Below are positions 1 to 9,203 of a DNA stretch of 64,000 nt, piece by piece. A program made the position numbers and the translations under genes. The stretch is from sequence record KT919972.1, one strand, 5' to 3'. Below the pieces are notes generated by a model. It had not been told where the DNA came from and did not search any database. It saw only the letters and a program-made list of their open reading frames with translations. Numbering within the stretch: the first letter of the stretch is position 1; each line of letters begins with the position of its first letter.

Positions 1-1
1 C

Positions 2-121
2 ATCGAAGATGGTAATATGCGCAAGAAATGTCGTGAGTTTGAAGAGCGAAAGAAAGCTACAGACGAACGCATTGCAGCATTTGAAGCAACACGAAACAAA
101 TACAAAAGACGAGAGAAATAA
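2..121 (+). CDS. 3' end of a hypothetical protein (truncated by window)
   Basis: Open frame IEDGNMRKK...REK* whose TAA overlaps the gp31 ATG. Confidence 0.6.
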   Translation: MEDGNMRKKCREFEERKKATDERIAAFEATRNKYKRREK

Positions 122-459
122 TGACACTTAAAGCACACGCAATGGGCGAACAAATCATCATCGACACTAAAGCAGTTAAAGAAGGTGAAGAAATCAAATC
201 TGAAGGTGGTATCGTTCTCGGGCGTGCTACTCAACCCGAAGTTCCGCTTCACGGTATTGTGATTTCTGTCGGCGAAGACGTAGACCAAAAGGTCATCAAA
301 GTAGGTGACAAAGTTCTATTACCACTAGGTAATATCAAAAACGTACCTGACCCACGCATTATCGAAGGTATCATGAAGCCAGACGATCAAGATCGTGCGC
401 TATGGGTGCATACACACTACAAAAACATCGCGGCTGTATATCGCGACGACGAGGCATAA
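121..459 (+). CDS. gp31: GroES-like co-chaperonin for capsid folding (T4 gp31 homolog)
   Basis: AMGEQIII..EGGIVLG..VISVGEDV..VGD..NVPDP..HYK parallels T4 gp31. Confidence 0.9.
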   Translation: MTLKAHAMGEQIIIDTKAVKEGEEIKSEGGIVLGRATQPEVPLHGIVISVGEDVDQKVIKVGDKVLLPLGNIKNVPDPRIIEGIMKPDDQDRALWVHTHYKNIAAVYRDDEA

Positions 460-461
460 CA

Positions 462-851
462 ATGAACGACAATCTTAGACTAATTGAAGTATCAGCAACT
501 GGCTACTACAGCAACGCGACCGCAGCACACACGTGCTGGGTTACGGCTGAGTTCGTTGAGAAATATGAAGATGCGATTTGCGCATTTAGCTTTTCTTTCA
601 GTGACCTAGACGGTAAGCATTCTGAAACAGAAGCTGAAGTTTGCATACATGAAGAACAGCGCGACATGGCACTGGCTTGGAGTGAGTCTCAAGGCGAAGA
701 TTGGTCAATCACTGAAATCATGTTCGACCATGAAGCATTCGAGAGCGATGACATTGAAGAAATGATCAGCTTGAACGAAGACATGAACAACACGATTGAA
801 GTCAAGACACAAACAGTCATTACAATCGGTACTGAAACTATCATTGTATAA
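462..851 (+). CDS. Acidic hypothetical protein
   Basis: 129 aa; start re-chosen at 462 after gp31 stop; D/E-rich. Confidence 0.75.
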   Translation: MNDNLRLIEVSATGYYSNATAAHTCWVTAEFVEKYEDAICAFSFSFSDLDGKHSETEAEVCIHEEQRDMALAWSESQGEDWSITEIMFDHEAFESDDIEEMISLNEDMNNTIEVKTQTVITIGTETIIV

Positions 852-878
852 AAAAAGGGAGCTAATTGCTCCCTTTTT
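850..878. terminator. Bidirectional intrinsic terminator
   Basis: A7-GGGAGC-TAATT-GCTCCC-T5 between convergent genes. Confidence 0.9.
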
Positions 879-879
879 G

Positions 880-1386
880 CTATTCGTCATCTCCATAACC
901 ATACTTGTTGTTGTCAAAGTCACAACGCGGGTTATTCAAGAAACTCTTTCTGTAAATCTTTTCCAATTCGCTTTTCTTCGCACCATCTGGGTACTTAATA
1001 CCTAGACTGTCTAAATGTTCTTTTTGTTCTTGCAGTTTTAATCGACTGAAGATCTTAGTTTGGTCTTTTGGGTGCTGAGGGTGATAATCATTATCTGAGT
1101 AATCAGCTTCTAGGTATTCTACTAGATTTTTAAGCCACTGAATGTAATCAATTCCACGACCTTTCAAACCACTTCTTGTAAACTTATGAATCACAACGCC
1201 TTCGTAAGTATTGCACGCTCGACACAGAACGCCTCGAATATGCCCCGTGTTGTGGTCGTGGTCAGTATGTGGCGTGCTTTTCTCTTCACTCAATTTAGTA
1301 CCGCACAACACACATCTGTCCAATTGATCCATGATTAGTTCATTACGGCATTCTGTCAGTTCTGATTGTTTAAGTTGTTTGCTCAT
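880..1386 (-). CDS. gp49: Recombination/packaging endonuclease VII
   Basis: CVLC..HTDHDH..GHIRGVLCRACN..HKFTRSGLKGRGIDY matches T4 gp49. Confidence 0.93.
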   Translation of the reverse strand: MSKQLKQSELTECRNELIMDQLDRCVLCGTKLSEEKSTPHTDHDHNTGHIRGVLCRACNTYEGVVIHKFTRSGLKGRGIDYIQWLKNLVEYLEADYSDNDYHPQHPKDQTKIFSRLKLQEQKEHLDSLGIKYPDGAKKSELEKIYRKSFLNNPRCDFDNNKYGYGDDE

Positions 1387-1405
1387 GTTTTTCTCAAAAA
1401 AGTTA

Positions 1406-1434
1406 TTGACTATGCTATTGTTTATATGTACAAT
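1406..1434 (+). promoter_or_regulatory. sigma70-type early promoter
   Basis: TTGACT-17-TACAAT; overlaps a possible divergent late-promoter variant TATAAACA (minus strand, 1419-1426) for gp49. Confidence 0.7.
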
Positions 1435-1459
1435 GAGAAGGCAAATTCATATAAGGAAT

Positions 1460-1720
1460 ATGACAATGACATTGAGACATTTAAGACAACGACTCGAAAC
1501 TCTTGCGATATGTGAATTCAGCGTCGTCGAAATTCGATACTTTGAAGATGGTCGAGAGCGTTATATCACGCCAGAGTTCGAAATCGAATTCAACCCAGAA
1601 GTGACAATCATCATGTTGTCAGATTCAAAAGGTCGAATCTCTTACAATGAGATCGAAATAGAAAAAGAAATCGCAAGTCATGAAGAGCTTGCACATCGTG
1701 AACGTTTTTTAGGAATTTAA
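1460..1720 (+). CDS. Hypothetical protein
   Basis: AAGGA RBS then ATG 1460; 86 aa. Confidence 0.7.
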   Translation: MTMTLRHLRQRLETLAICEFSVVEIRYFEDGRERYITPEFEIEFNPEVTIIMLSDSKGRISYNEIEIEKEIASHEELAHRERFLGI

Positions 1721-1729
1721 GGTAAAATT

Positions 1730-2737
1730 ATGAGCTTTGTGAAATACACATCATTAGAAAACAGCTACCGTCAAGCATTCGTAGACAAATGTGACATGCT
1801 TGGCGTCAAAGAATGGGTAGCTCTTGAGAAGATCCACGGTGCCAACTTCAGCTTTATCGTCGAATTCAACCCAAGCACTGAGGAAGTACCTGGAGAGATG
1901 TCTGTAACGCCCGCTAAACGCACTTCTACTATTGGCGCTAATGCTATGGGTGATTACGACTTCTACGGTTGTACGAGCGTTGTAGAAGCTCACATCGAAA
2001 AAATGCAAGATATCTCAAATTGGCTATTTGCCAATGATTTTATCAAAAACGATGAAACGATCATCGTCTATGGTGAACTTGCAGGTAAAGGCATTCAAAA
2101 AGAAGTCAACTACGGTGATAAAGATTTCTGGGCTTACGATATCTTATGCCCAGAAACCGGTGAGTTTCTAGATTGGGATGTTGTGCTCAAAGCATGTAAG
2201 TTTGCTGGAGTCAAGACGACTCACGAAATCGCACGCGGTACACTTGATGAACTACTTAAAATCGATCCCCTCTTCAGAAGCTTTCACACGCCCGCTGACG
2301 TTGATAGTGAAAACGTAGCAGAAGGGTTCGTAGTTAAGCAATTGAAAGCGGAGAAACGCTTACACAACGGTTCTCGTGCAATCTTGAAGGTTAAGAATGA
2401 GAAATTCAAAGAGAAAAAGAATAAGCAGGGAAAAACGCCGCGAGCTAAAGTTGTTCTTACAGAAGAACAAGAAAAACTGCACGCTGCATTTAGTTGTTAT
2501 CTAACTGAAAACCGCTTGCGCAATGTACTGAGTAAGATCGGCAAAGTTGAAGCGAAGCAGTTCGGTATGGTAAGTGGTTTGTTTGTCAAAGACGCGAAAG
2601 ATGAGTTTGAACGTGACGAACGAGACGAAGTAGCAATCCCTCGTGATGATTGGGATGTTATCAAGCGTTCTCTAGTCAATGTAGCCAACGAGATCTTGCG
2701 TAAGAACTGGTTGAATATCGTTGATGGTACTTTTTAA
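1730..2737 (+). CDS. rnl2: RNA ligase 2
   Basis: Motif I EKIHGANF, YGELAG, EGFVVK, ILKVKNEKF; 335 aa like KVP40 Rnl2. Confidence 0.95.
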   Translation: MSFVKYTSLENSYRQAFVDKCDMLGVKEWVALEKIHGANFSFIVEFNPSTEEVPGEMSVTPAKRTSTIGANAMGDYDFYGCTSVVEAHIEKMQDISNWLFANDFIKNDETIIVYGELAGKGIQKEVNYGDKDFWAYDILCPETGEFLDWDVVLKACKFAGVKTTHEIARGTLDELLKIDPLFRSFHTPADVDSENVAEGFVVKQLKAEKRLHNGSRAILKVKNEKFKEKKNKQGKTPRAKVVLTEEQEKLHAAFSCYLTENRLRNVLSKIGKVEAKQFGMVSGLFVKDAKDEFERDERDEVAIPRDDWDVIKRSLVNVANEILRKNWLNIVDGTF

Positions 2738-2849
2738 ACACTTTCGTAAACTATACTGCAAGCACACTAACAGGAATGAAACAAGTGTATGTGGCATTAT
2801 ATTCTGGTCGTGTCCTGACTGCGGCGATGATAATTATCGCGATAGATAA
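2724..2849 (+). CDS. Small CxH...CxxC protein (41 aa, not in ORF track)
   Basis: MVLFKHFRKLYCKHTNRNETSVCGIIFWSCPDCGDDNYRDR*; ends at terminator. Confidence 0.55.
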   Translation: MVLFKHFRKLYCKHTNRNETSVCGIIFWSCPDCGDDNYRDR

Positions 2850-2871
2850 AGCTCCTTCGGGAGCTTTTTTT
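2848..2871 (+). terminator. Intrinsic terminator
   Basis: AAAGCTCC-TTCG-GGAGCTTT plus T run. Confidence 0.9.
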
Positions 2872-2886
2872 GTATCTGAAACATGA

Positions 2887-2922
2887 CATAAGTACTCATA
2901 ACAGTATATGAGTGAGACTTAT
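2887..2922 (+). promoter_or_regulatory. RBS-sequestering hairpin with late-promoter-like CATAAGTA in its 5' arm
   Basis: ATAAGT.ACTCATA pairs with TATGAGT..ACTTAT, covering GAGTGAG just before ATG 2924. Confidence 0.55.
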
Positions 2923-2923
2923 C

Positions 2924-3475
2924 ATGGCATTTATGAAAAAAGAGAAAGACACAAAAGACATTACAGAAGCAGATGTACAGTACGCAATTGCCGTACAAAG
3001 CGTATGGATTCACAAGAGATACACAGCGGTTATACCAAACTGTTACACCAAGTTCGATAATGAAGCTGATTTATTTGGTATTCGACCAAGTGGTTTATGT
3101 GATGAGATTGAAATCAAAGTATCTAAAGCAGATTATCGAGTTGACGAGCAGAAAACTGTTCTAATCGAAAATGAGTCTTACGATCACTGGCGTGACAAGT
3201 ATACCAAAACACCAAAACGTGATGCATTGCAAGATGGTAAAATGAGCAATTACTTCTGGTATGCATTCCCGCAAGGTCTTGTAGACCATGCTGATGTACC
3301 TGAGTGGGCTGGTATAATCGAAGTAGATGGTTTTCTCAATGCAAGAGAAGTAAGAATGCCAAAACGTCTACACGGTGGAAAGATGACAATCGAAGAGCAG
3401 TTGAAGCAAATCAAGAAATTGGGCTTTCGATTCTGGAATCTGGTTAAAAAGAACAAGAAGAGCGAAGCGAAATAA
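2924..3475 (+). CDS. PD-(D/E)XK-like (MmcB-type) nuclease-fold protein
   Basis: EADLFG..DEIEIKVSKADY..D..K and NYFWYAFP motifs. Confidence 0.65.
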   Translation: MAFMKKEKDTKDITEADVQYAIAVQSVWIHKRYTAVIPNCYTKFDNEADLFGIRPSGLCDEIEIKVSKADYRVDEQKTVLIENESYDHWRDKYTKTPKRDALQDGKMSNYFWYAFPQGLVDHADVPEWAGIIEVDGFLNAREVRMPKRLHGGKMTIEEQLKQIKKLGFRFWNLVKKNKKSEAK

Positions 3476-3483
3476 CCAACTGA

Positions 3484-3554
3484 GGCCCAAAAATTGGGCA
3501 TCATCTTAGTAGTATTAGTAGTTTTAGTGAAGTTAGAGATATTAGTAATATTAG
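3484..3554. repeat. Hairpin + 6xTTAG (9-bp period) element, copy 1
   Basis: TTAG at 3506, 3515, 3524, 3533, 3542, 3551; near-identical copy at 59620-59689. Confidence 0.9.
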
Positions 3555-3582
3555 GGGATTGAAAAATAACTTGAGAAAGTTG

Positions 3583-3611
3583 TTGACAGTCCCCTTTTTT
3601 GATCGTACTAT
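3583..3611 (+). promoter_or_regulatory. sigma70-type early promoter
   Basis: TTGACA-17-TACTAT. Confidence 0.7.
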
Positions 3612-3645
3612 ACAGTCCTTGAAACAAATTATGTGAGTGAAGACT

Positions 3646-4173
3646 ATGAACTTGAGTGAACGTGAAGAAGAGCTAAAAGCATTAGCTATCGACCATGTGT
3701 ATGATGGTGAAGTTGCTGTCACTATTTCATGTGCTGGTATGAGTGATTACTACACTGTTTGCCCGTCAGAGTTCAAAGACTTTTTGGACAACCATGAGGG
3801 AACAGCTTATGTAGCATTTGAATGGCACAACATGCCATGTGATTTACAAGACGAAGAATTAGACTTCGACGGTCTACTTGCTTGGTTTAATCTCGATGAA
3901 CAAGAACGTGAAATCTGCGAAGCATTGTATAATAACAACGTTTGTATGTCATTCGAAGATGCAGCCGAGAAAATCAGTGACTGTTGGGTGTTCGAAGGCA
4001 CAAGCGAAGACTATGCAAGACATGTAACGTCTGAGCTAATGGGTATTCGCTTAGAAGATATGCCTGTCATTGTAAGCAGCAACATCAACTGGCGTGATGT
4101 ATTCATCGACCTTGACGCAGAAGGTAATATCTACGAAATTGGTCGCGACAAATACTTAACAGTACACGGTTAA
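3646..4173 (+). CDS. ardA: ArdA-like antirestriction (DNA mimic) protein
   Basis: Very acidic 175 aa; SFEDAAE..D..EDYAR..E..EDMP..NINW..DLD..G resembles the ArdA C-terminal domains. Confidence 0.65.
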   Translation: MNLSEREEELKALAIDHVYDGEVAVTISCAGMSDYYTVCPSEFKDFLDNHEGTAYVAFEWHNMPCDLQDEELDFDGLLAWFNLDEQEREICEALYNNNVCMSFEDAAEKISDCWVFEGTSEDYARHVTSELMGIRLEDMPVIVSSNINWRDVFIDLDAEGNIYEIGRDKYLTVHG

Positions 4174-4174
4174 A

Positions 4175-4753
4175 ATGAGTAGCACAAAAGGTAAAGTCAA
4201 CAAAGACGATTACTACGCTACGCCAGACTGGATTGTTGAAGAGTTTCTACTAGAGTTTGAAACTCGCATTCAGCATGAGCACGAGAAGAGCATGGCAGGT
4301 ATGGACGTGCTCGACCCATCATGTGGTGGTTGTTCAGAACACAAAGCAGCATATCCCGTAGCATACAAGAGTTTGTATCATGTTGATATTGACACAATGG
4401 ACATTCGCGAAGACAGTCACGCGCAAATTATCGCGAACTATCTTGAAGCTGATGTTCAAGTGAATTACTACGATATGATCATGACTAACCCACCGTTCAG
4501 CTTATCAGTTGATTTTGCAGAGAAAGCACTGAGCGAAGTCAAGAATGGTGGTTATGTTGTCATGCTACAACGTCTTAACTGGCTAGGTAGTATCAAACGA
4601 AAGCCTTTCTGGGATGAAGCACCCCTGAGAGCAGTGATGGTTCATCATCGAAGACCATCATTTCACGGTACAAAAGGCACAGACTCGATTGAGTATGCGC
4701 ACTTTGTATTTCAAAAAGGTTACGCAGGTAAAGCAGAGATTATAGTAATATGA
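4175..4753 (+). CDS. SAM-dependent amino (N6-adenine/N4-cytosine) DNA methyltransferase
   Basis: DDYYATP, VLDPSCG (motif I), MTNPPF (motif IV). Confidence 0.85.
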   Translation: MSSTKGKVNKDDYYATPDWIVEEFLLEFETRIQHEHEKSMAGMDVLDPSCGGCSEHKAAYPVAYKSLYHVDIDTMDIREDSHAQIIANYLEADVQVNYYDMIMTNPPFSLSVDFAEKALSEVKNGGYVVMLQRLNWLGSIKRKPFWDEAPLRAVMVHHRRPSFHGTKGTDSIEYAHFVFQKGYAGKAEIIVI

Positions 4754-4965
4754 TTACTTCAGTTGAAACTTATGAAGGTCTACTAGACACATTCGACAAA
4801 CCACAACAAATGAAAATCGTAGATGGTGATGTTCATTATTCACTATTCGGCACTCAGTTGTTTAGTCGCAAAAGCGAACTATTGCTAGAGACCTACTTGG
4901 TTTCAACTGAATCTACGCTCGGTGATGTTTACATGTGGAGAGTGGCATGTCGTTTACGAAAATGA
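4750..4965 (+). CDS. Hypothetical protein
   Basis: ATGA overlap with upstream gene; 71 aa. Confidence 0.65.
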   Translation: MITSVETYEGLLDTFDKPQQMKIVDGDVHYSLFGTQLFSRKSELLLETYLVSTESTLGDVYMWRVACRLRK

Positions 4966-4982
4966 GAAAAATAAGGGAATCT

Positions 4983-5339
4983 ATGTCCAATTTTAAAGCA
5001 AATCTAGCAAGTCGTAGTACGATTAAGATCAATGGTACTGAGTATCACGGTACAAGCGTGACAGTTAAGAACGGCAAAGTCGCTGTTGACGGTCGTTTGC
5101 AAGGTGATATTGATGACCGCGTGGTAAACGTGTACATTGATGGTGACTGTACTCTTGTTCAAAACGAGAACGGCAATATTGCATGTCGTAACGTACAAGG
5201 TGACGTGACAACGACTAATGGCGATATTGAATGTGACGATGTTGATGGTTCAGTATCATCAACAAACGGTGATATCAAATGTGGTGATGTTGCTGGTAAT
5301 GTAAGCACAAACAACGGGGATATTATTCGAAAATGGTAG
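4983..5339 (+). CDS. Beta-helix repeat protein (DUF4097-like)
   Basis: Repeated V.G.V.T.NGDI.C units; AAGGGA RBS. Confidence 0.7.
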   Translation: MSNFKANLASRSTIKINGTEYHGTSVTVKNGKVAVDGRLQGDIDDRVVNVYIDGDCTLVQNENGNIACRNVQGDVTTTNGDIECDDVDGSVSSTNGDIKCGDVAGNVSTNNGDIIRKW

Positions 5340-5605
5340 ATAAAACTCGAATCAAAGAAGTAATTGACCTCGCGATTGAAAAAATTGAAGCAGGTTCAAA
5401 TATTGCACACAGCGTGCAAGAGTTTACGCCGTTTGATGTTGTCAACTACTTACAAGAAATTGGCTACGAAGCTCATGATCTTGAGACAAACGGTTGGCAA
5501 GTAGACTTCTGGCAAGATTTCACCAAAGACGGCTGCAAGAAACTTACATTTGCAGGTAGCTGGTATTTCGGTCAATCAACACTGAGTGAGGCATGTGATG
5601 ACTAG
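5333..5605 (+). CDS. Hypothetical protein
   Basis: 90 aa, overlaps neighbours in operon fashion. Confidence 0.7.
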   Translation: MVDKTRIKEVIDLAIEKIEAGSNIAHSVQEFTPFDVVNYLQEIGYEAHDLETNGWQVDFWQDFTKDGCKKLTFAGSWYFGQSTLSEACDD

Positions 5606-5894
5606 ACAAACAGATTTTTTCGGTCGAGAAATTAAAGACGGTGACTTTGTATTGCGTGCAAAGAACTCAGGTCGTTCTTACTCAATGAGCGTACTGCTCG
5701 TTGTTGACTTGCCTGATGATCGTCGTAAATACCTAGAACTCAGACCTTACGGTGGTGTTAGCAACAATGCCAAATTACCTGTCGGTAGTTCAGCGACGGT
5801 TGTCGAACCTGAAATCGTAGAGCAAAAGTACCCAGATGCTTATCGCGCTGCGTTAGTAGAAGCTGCAAATCTTCGCACGGTAATCCCTCGATAG
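5598..5894 (+). CDS. Hypothetical protein (SH3/KOW-like start)
   Basis: TDFFGREIKDGDFV N-terminus. Confidence 0.7.
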   Translation: MTRQTDFFGREIKDGDFVLRAKNSGRSYSMSVLLVVDLPDDRRKYLELRPYGGVSNNAKLPVGSSATVVEPEIVEQKYPDAYRAALVEAANLRTVIPR

Positions 5895-5897
5895 TTG

Positions 5898-5925
5898 TTG
5901 ACGTGAGTTGTCAATTGTGTATAAT
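5898..5925 (+). promoter_or_regulatory. sigma70-type early promoter
   Basis: TTGACG-16-TATAAT. Confidence 0.65.
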
Positions 5926-5950
5926 GCTCTTAAATTGAAGGAGAACTACT

Positions 5951-6088
5951 ATGATTGACAACATGATACGCGACATGATTGAGTCTGAATATGAATTCGA
6001 TGACATCATTCATTGTCTTGAAAAGCAATACAAGATGCCTCATATAGAAGCAGTGGACGCTCTAAACGAGGTAATTAACGATATGTGA
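5951..6088 (+). CDS. Small acidic hypothetical protein (45 aa)
   Basis: GGAG RBS; MIDNMIRDMIESEYEF... Confidence 0.55.
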   Translation: MIDNMIRDMIESEYEFDDIIHCLEKQYKMPHIEAVDALNEVINDM

Positions 6089-6095
6089 GAAATAC

Positions 6096-8165
6096 ATGAT
6101 TATTCATACCCCTGAAAGTAAAGTCCAAACATCTGGTAAGATGCGAACGGCTGGCTTTAATATGAAAGCAAGTGCAAAAGGCTTTCGTATTATTTCGACT
6201 ACACTATACAAAGACCCTATTCTAGCTATTGTACGTGAATTGACATGTAACGGCTGGGATGCTCATCAAATGAACAAAAATATCGATAAAGCAATCGAAG
6301 TACACTTGCCGAATCAGTTTGAACCATGGTTTGCAGTGAAAGATTTCGGTTGTGGTATGAGCGATGACGAGATCTTTGGCGTGTACACGACTGTTTTTGA
6401 TTCGACGAAAGACGACTCGAACGACGTGATTGGTGCAATGGGTCTTGGTTCTAAGACACCGTTTAGCTATAACAACGGTCAATCGTTCACTGTTAAGTCA
6501 ACAAAGAACGGTCTTAAAGCGGTTTACTCTGCTTATCTTGATAATGGCGAACCTGCAATCACTTGTATGTCAGAGCCTGCACCAACTGATGAGCCTGATG
6601 GTGTTGAAGTAATCGTACCAGTACGTAAAGAAGACTTCAATCGCTTCAAAGAAGCTGCAAACAAAGTAATGCCGTACTTCAAAGCACCTGCTGTTGAGAC
6701 GAATATCACTCTTTCTGAGCGTAATTTCACTCATATGGACGGTTACTTCACTGAAAACAAGAAGAATTCATGGCGTTCTGGTGATGTTTACGCAGTAATG
6801 GGCAATGTTTGTTACCCACTAAGTGAATATCACATTCAAGATATTCATCTAGTTCGAAACTACTTCAAGAACTCTGATCTATACATTGAATTCCCGATTG
6901 GTGAACTCGATGTCAGTGCGTCTCGTGAAGAGCTTCACTATGATGACTATACGATTGACAATATCAATAAGCGTGTGAATGAAATCAATTCTAAGTTTCT
7001 AGCTGAAGCACAGAAATGGGTTGATGATCAAAACTTTGATTATATCGGTGATGCATATCGCGCTTGTGACAATCGTTTCAATGACGTTGTGCTGAAGAAG
7101 CTGAAGTTTAATGACGAGCTTGTGGCGACTTATGCAAGTCGTATGCTTAAAGATTTCCCGATTATGGGTAAAACTGTACGTATGCGACCTGAGTGCAGCA
7201 ATAAAGAAGGTGTTCAACGCAATACCCGTGCTGCGCGTCCGTACGACTTGGTCAACCCGCGTAATGATTACTCTAAAAAACCGATTACGGTCATTGTTGA
7301 CGATTTGAAGTCTGGTGGTGTTGCAATCACAAAAGAATATATTCGTCAAGAAAACGTGAGTATTTTCTATCATCATGACGATAAGCCGTCTACGACTGCA
7401 CCGTTGGCATTCTTCAAAGAACGTCTTCGTGATTGTGAGTATCGCGTGTTGAAAACGTCTGATTTGAAAGCGAATTACACGCCTCAGAAGAAGAGCGTCA
7501 AGAAAAAACCAGTGTCAGCTACAATTCGTTTGTATGAAATGCGAATTAATGAAGACGGCGAGCGTACAGTTAAAGCATCTGACGTTAAACGCGAAGTATT
7601 AAAGAGCGGTTCGTTTCATTACGTAAGTCTGTTCCGTGATTACATTGAGAAAGTACCAGAGTGTGGTCATGGTCTTGATTACCATCGTTCGTTGGGTATG
7701 ATCGAGACGATTATGCGTATTAAAGGCATTGATGTTGTTTACATCGCTCGACGTCCTGAGTACGTTCACATCAAAGGTAATGAAAATGCTGTAAATATCT
7801 TTGATATTAAGTTTAACAAGCGTGAATTGCGTAGTAAAATTGATTGGAAATCATACACAGTTGATAACAATCTGTACGGGTATCGCAGTGCGCTTGTGAT
7901 GACGTGGAATAATGATGCTGTTCGTAATCATTTCGGTTACGCTCGTTCTTATCACACGTGTAATCAGACGATTGATCGACTGTGCGACCACTTCTCTGCT
8001 ATTCGCGACGTTCGAACACAAGAGCAAGAAAAGCACTTAGAGAAGTTGAAAAAGATTCAAAATGAATCGAAATATGAATTGCTATTCAAACTTGTTGGTT
8101 CTAACACGTGTGAAGAATCAACTACAAAACTAATTAAACTCTTGAGAGGAAAACGCAATGGTTAA
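6096..8165 (+). CDS. rIIA: rIIA protein
   Basis: GHKL/HATPase N-domain (RELTCNGWDAH, DFGCGM, GAMGLGSKTPF), directly upstream of rIIB. Confidence 0.92.
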   Translation: MIIHTPESKVQTSGKMRTAGFNMKASAKGFRIISTTLYKDPILAIVRELTCNGWDAHQMNKNIDKAIEVHLPNQFEPWFAVKDFGCGMSDDEIFGVYTTVFDSTKDDSNDVIGAMGLGSKTPFSYNNGQSFTVKSTKNGLKAVYSAYLDNGEPAITCMSEPAPTDEPDGVEVIVPVRKEDFNRFKEAANKVMPYFKAPAVETNITLSERNFTHMDGYFTENKKNSWRSGDVYAVMGNVCYPLSEYHIQDIHLVRNYFKNSDLYIEFPIGELDVSASREELHYDDYTIDNINKRVNEINSKFLAEAQKWVDDQNFDYIGDAYRACDNRFNDVVLKKLKFNDELVATYASRMLKDFPIMGKTVRMRPECSNKEGVQRNTRAARPYDLVNPRNDYSKKPITVIVDDLKSGGVAITKEYIRQENVSIFYHHDDKPSTTAPLAFFKERLRDCEYRVLKTSDLKANYTPQKKSVKKKPVSATIRLYEMRINEDGERTVKASDVKREVLKSGSFHYVSLFRDYIEKVPECGHGLDYHRSLGMIETIMRIKGIDVVYIARRPEYVHIKGNENAVNIFDIKFNKRELRSKIDWKSYTVDNNLYGYRSALVMTWNNDAVRNHFGYARSYHTCNQTIDRLCDHFSAIRDVRTQEQEKHLEKLKKIQNESKYELLFKLVGSNTCEESTTKLIKLLRGKRNG

Positions 8166-9198
8166 CTTGCCACTCGAAACAAAACAGTCTATCGTTAAAG
8201 CATCTGCTAATGGTATGACACAGAAAGACAACGCGGCGAAGCATGGGACTTCGCCAACCACTCTACGCCGTGTTCTTGCTGAACATCGTGATGGTAAATT
8301 CAGCTTGAATACTGCAAAGCAAGTTGTCAAACGCCCGCGCCGTAAACAACATTGTCAAGACGTATTCAAAGAAAACCTAGAGAAGTTGCTAGACACTACT
8401 GGTACTAAAGAGCCAACGCCTAAGACGAAAGCACCTAAGCCTGAAAAGACTCTTGATCAAAAGCTTGACGAGGCGATTGAAGAATTCGCTTATGTGATCA
8501 CGCCAGTTAACGTGTCTTTTACTGTTGACGGTCAAGCTTATTCTGCCGATATCACAGCACCGAACTACAGCAAGATCGTTGAAGCATTGCTAGACAATGA
8601 CGGTGCTACCGCAGTTGAACTTCTAGATGTAGCAAAAGGCATTGAAGAGTTTATGCTTGGTAATGTCAAAGTGAAAGGTGGCGTTGTTAAGTACAAAGAC
8701 CTTGATATCGATGGTGGTATGACTGGTCGCATTCTTGAAGCTATGGAAGATGGTGACAAGACTCAAGTGACTAAACTCGTGAAGTTCTTCGAGAATCTAA
8801 TCGAGAACCCATCGCGTCGCGCTGTAGAAGAGCTTTACGGCTTCTTAGAAGCTGCTGACATCGAACTAACCGATGATGGTCACTTCTTAGCGTACAAAAA
8901 GATTCGCGACAACTACAAAGACATTCACAGTAACAAAATGTGCAATAAGCCAGGTACTCGTGTATGGATGTTGCGTCACCAAGTGAATGACAACAAAGAT
9001 CAAACGTGTTCTGCTGGTCTACACGTGTGCTCTAAGGGTTATTTACCACACTTCGGTGGAGCTGCTGGTAATCGCGTCGTGCTTTGTAAAGTCAACCCAC
9101 GTGATGTTGTGTCTGTACCATCTGATTACAACAACACCAAGTTGCGCTGTAGCGAATATCTAGTTCTGAAAGAGCTAGACAAAAATACTTTGAAATAA
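8158..9198 (+). CDS. rIIB: rIIB protein
   Basis: N-terminal HTH-like region; ENPS..ELYGFL..TDDGHFLAYK..CSAGLHVCS..KVNPRDVVSVP.DY...KLRC. Confidence 0.93.
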   Translation: MVNLPLETKQSIVKASANGMTQKDNAAKHGTSPTTLRRVLAEHRDGKFSLNTAKQVVKRPRRKQHCQDVFKENLEKLLDTTGTKEPTPKTKAPKPEKTLDQKLDEAIEEFAYVITPVNVSFTVDGQAYSADITAPNYSKIVEALLDNDGATAVELLDVAKGIEEFMLGNVKVKGGVVKYKDLDIDGGMTGRILEAMEDGDKTQVTKLVKFFENLIENPSRRAVEELYGFLEAADIELTDDGHFLAYKKIRDNYKDIHSNKMCNKPGTRVWMLRHQVNDNKDQTCSAGLHVCSKGYLPHFGGAAGNRVVLCKVNPRDVVSVPSDYNNTKLRCSEYLVLKELDKNTLK

Positions 9199-9203
9199 TT
9201 TTA

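Noticed and set aside
3501-3722. Minus-strand ORFs (also 59636-59830) ending LILLISLTSLK.LILLR as a peptide family
   Set aside because: Similarity is confined to the TTAG array; the rest overlaps plus-strand promoters and genes and has no RBS, so these are shadow frames.
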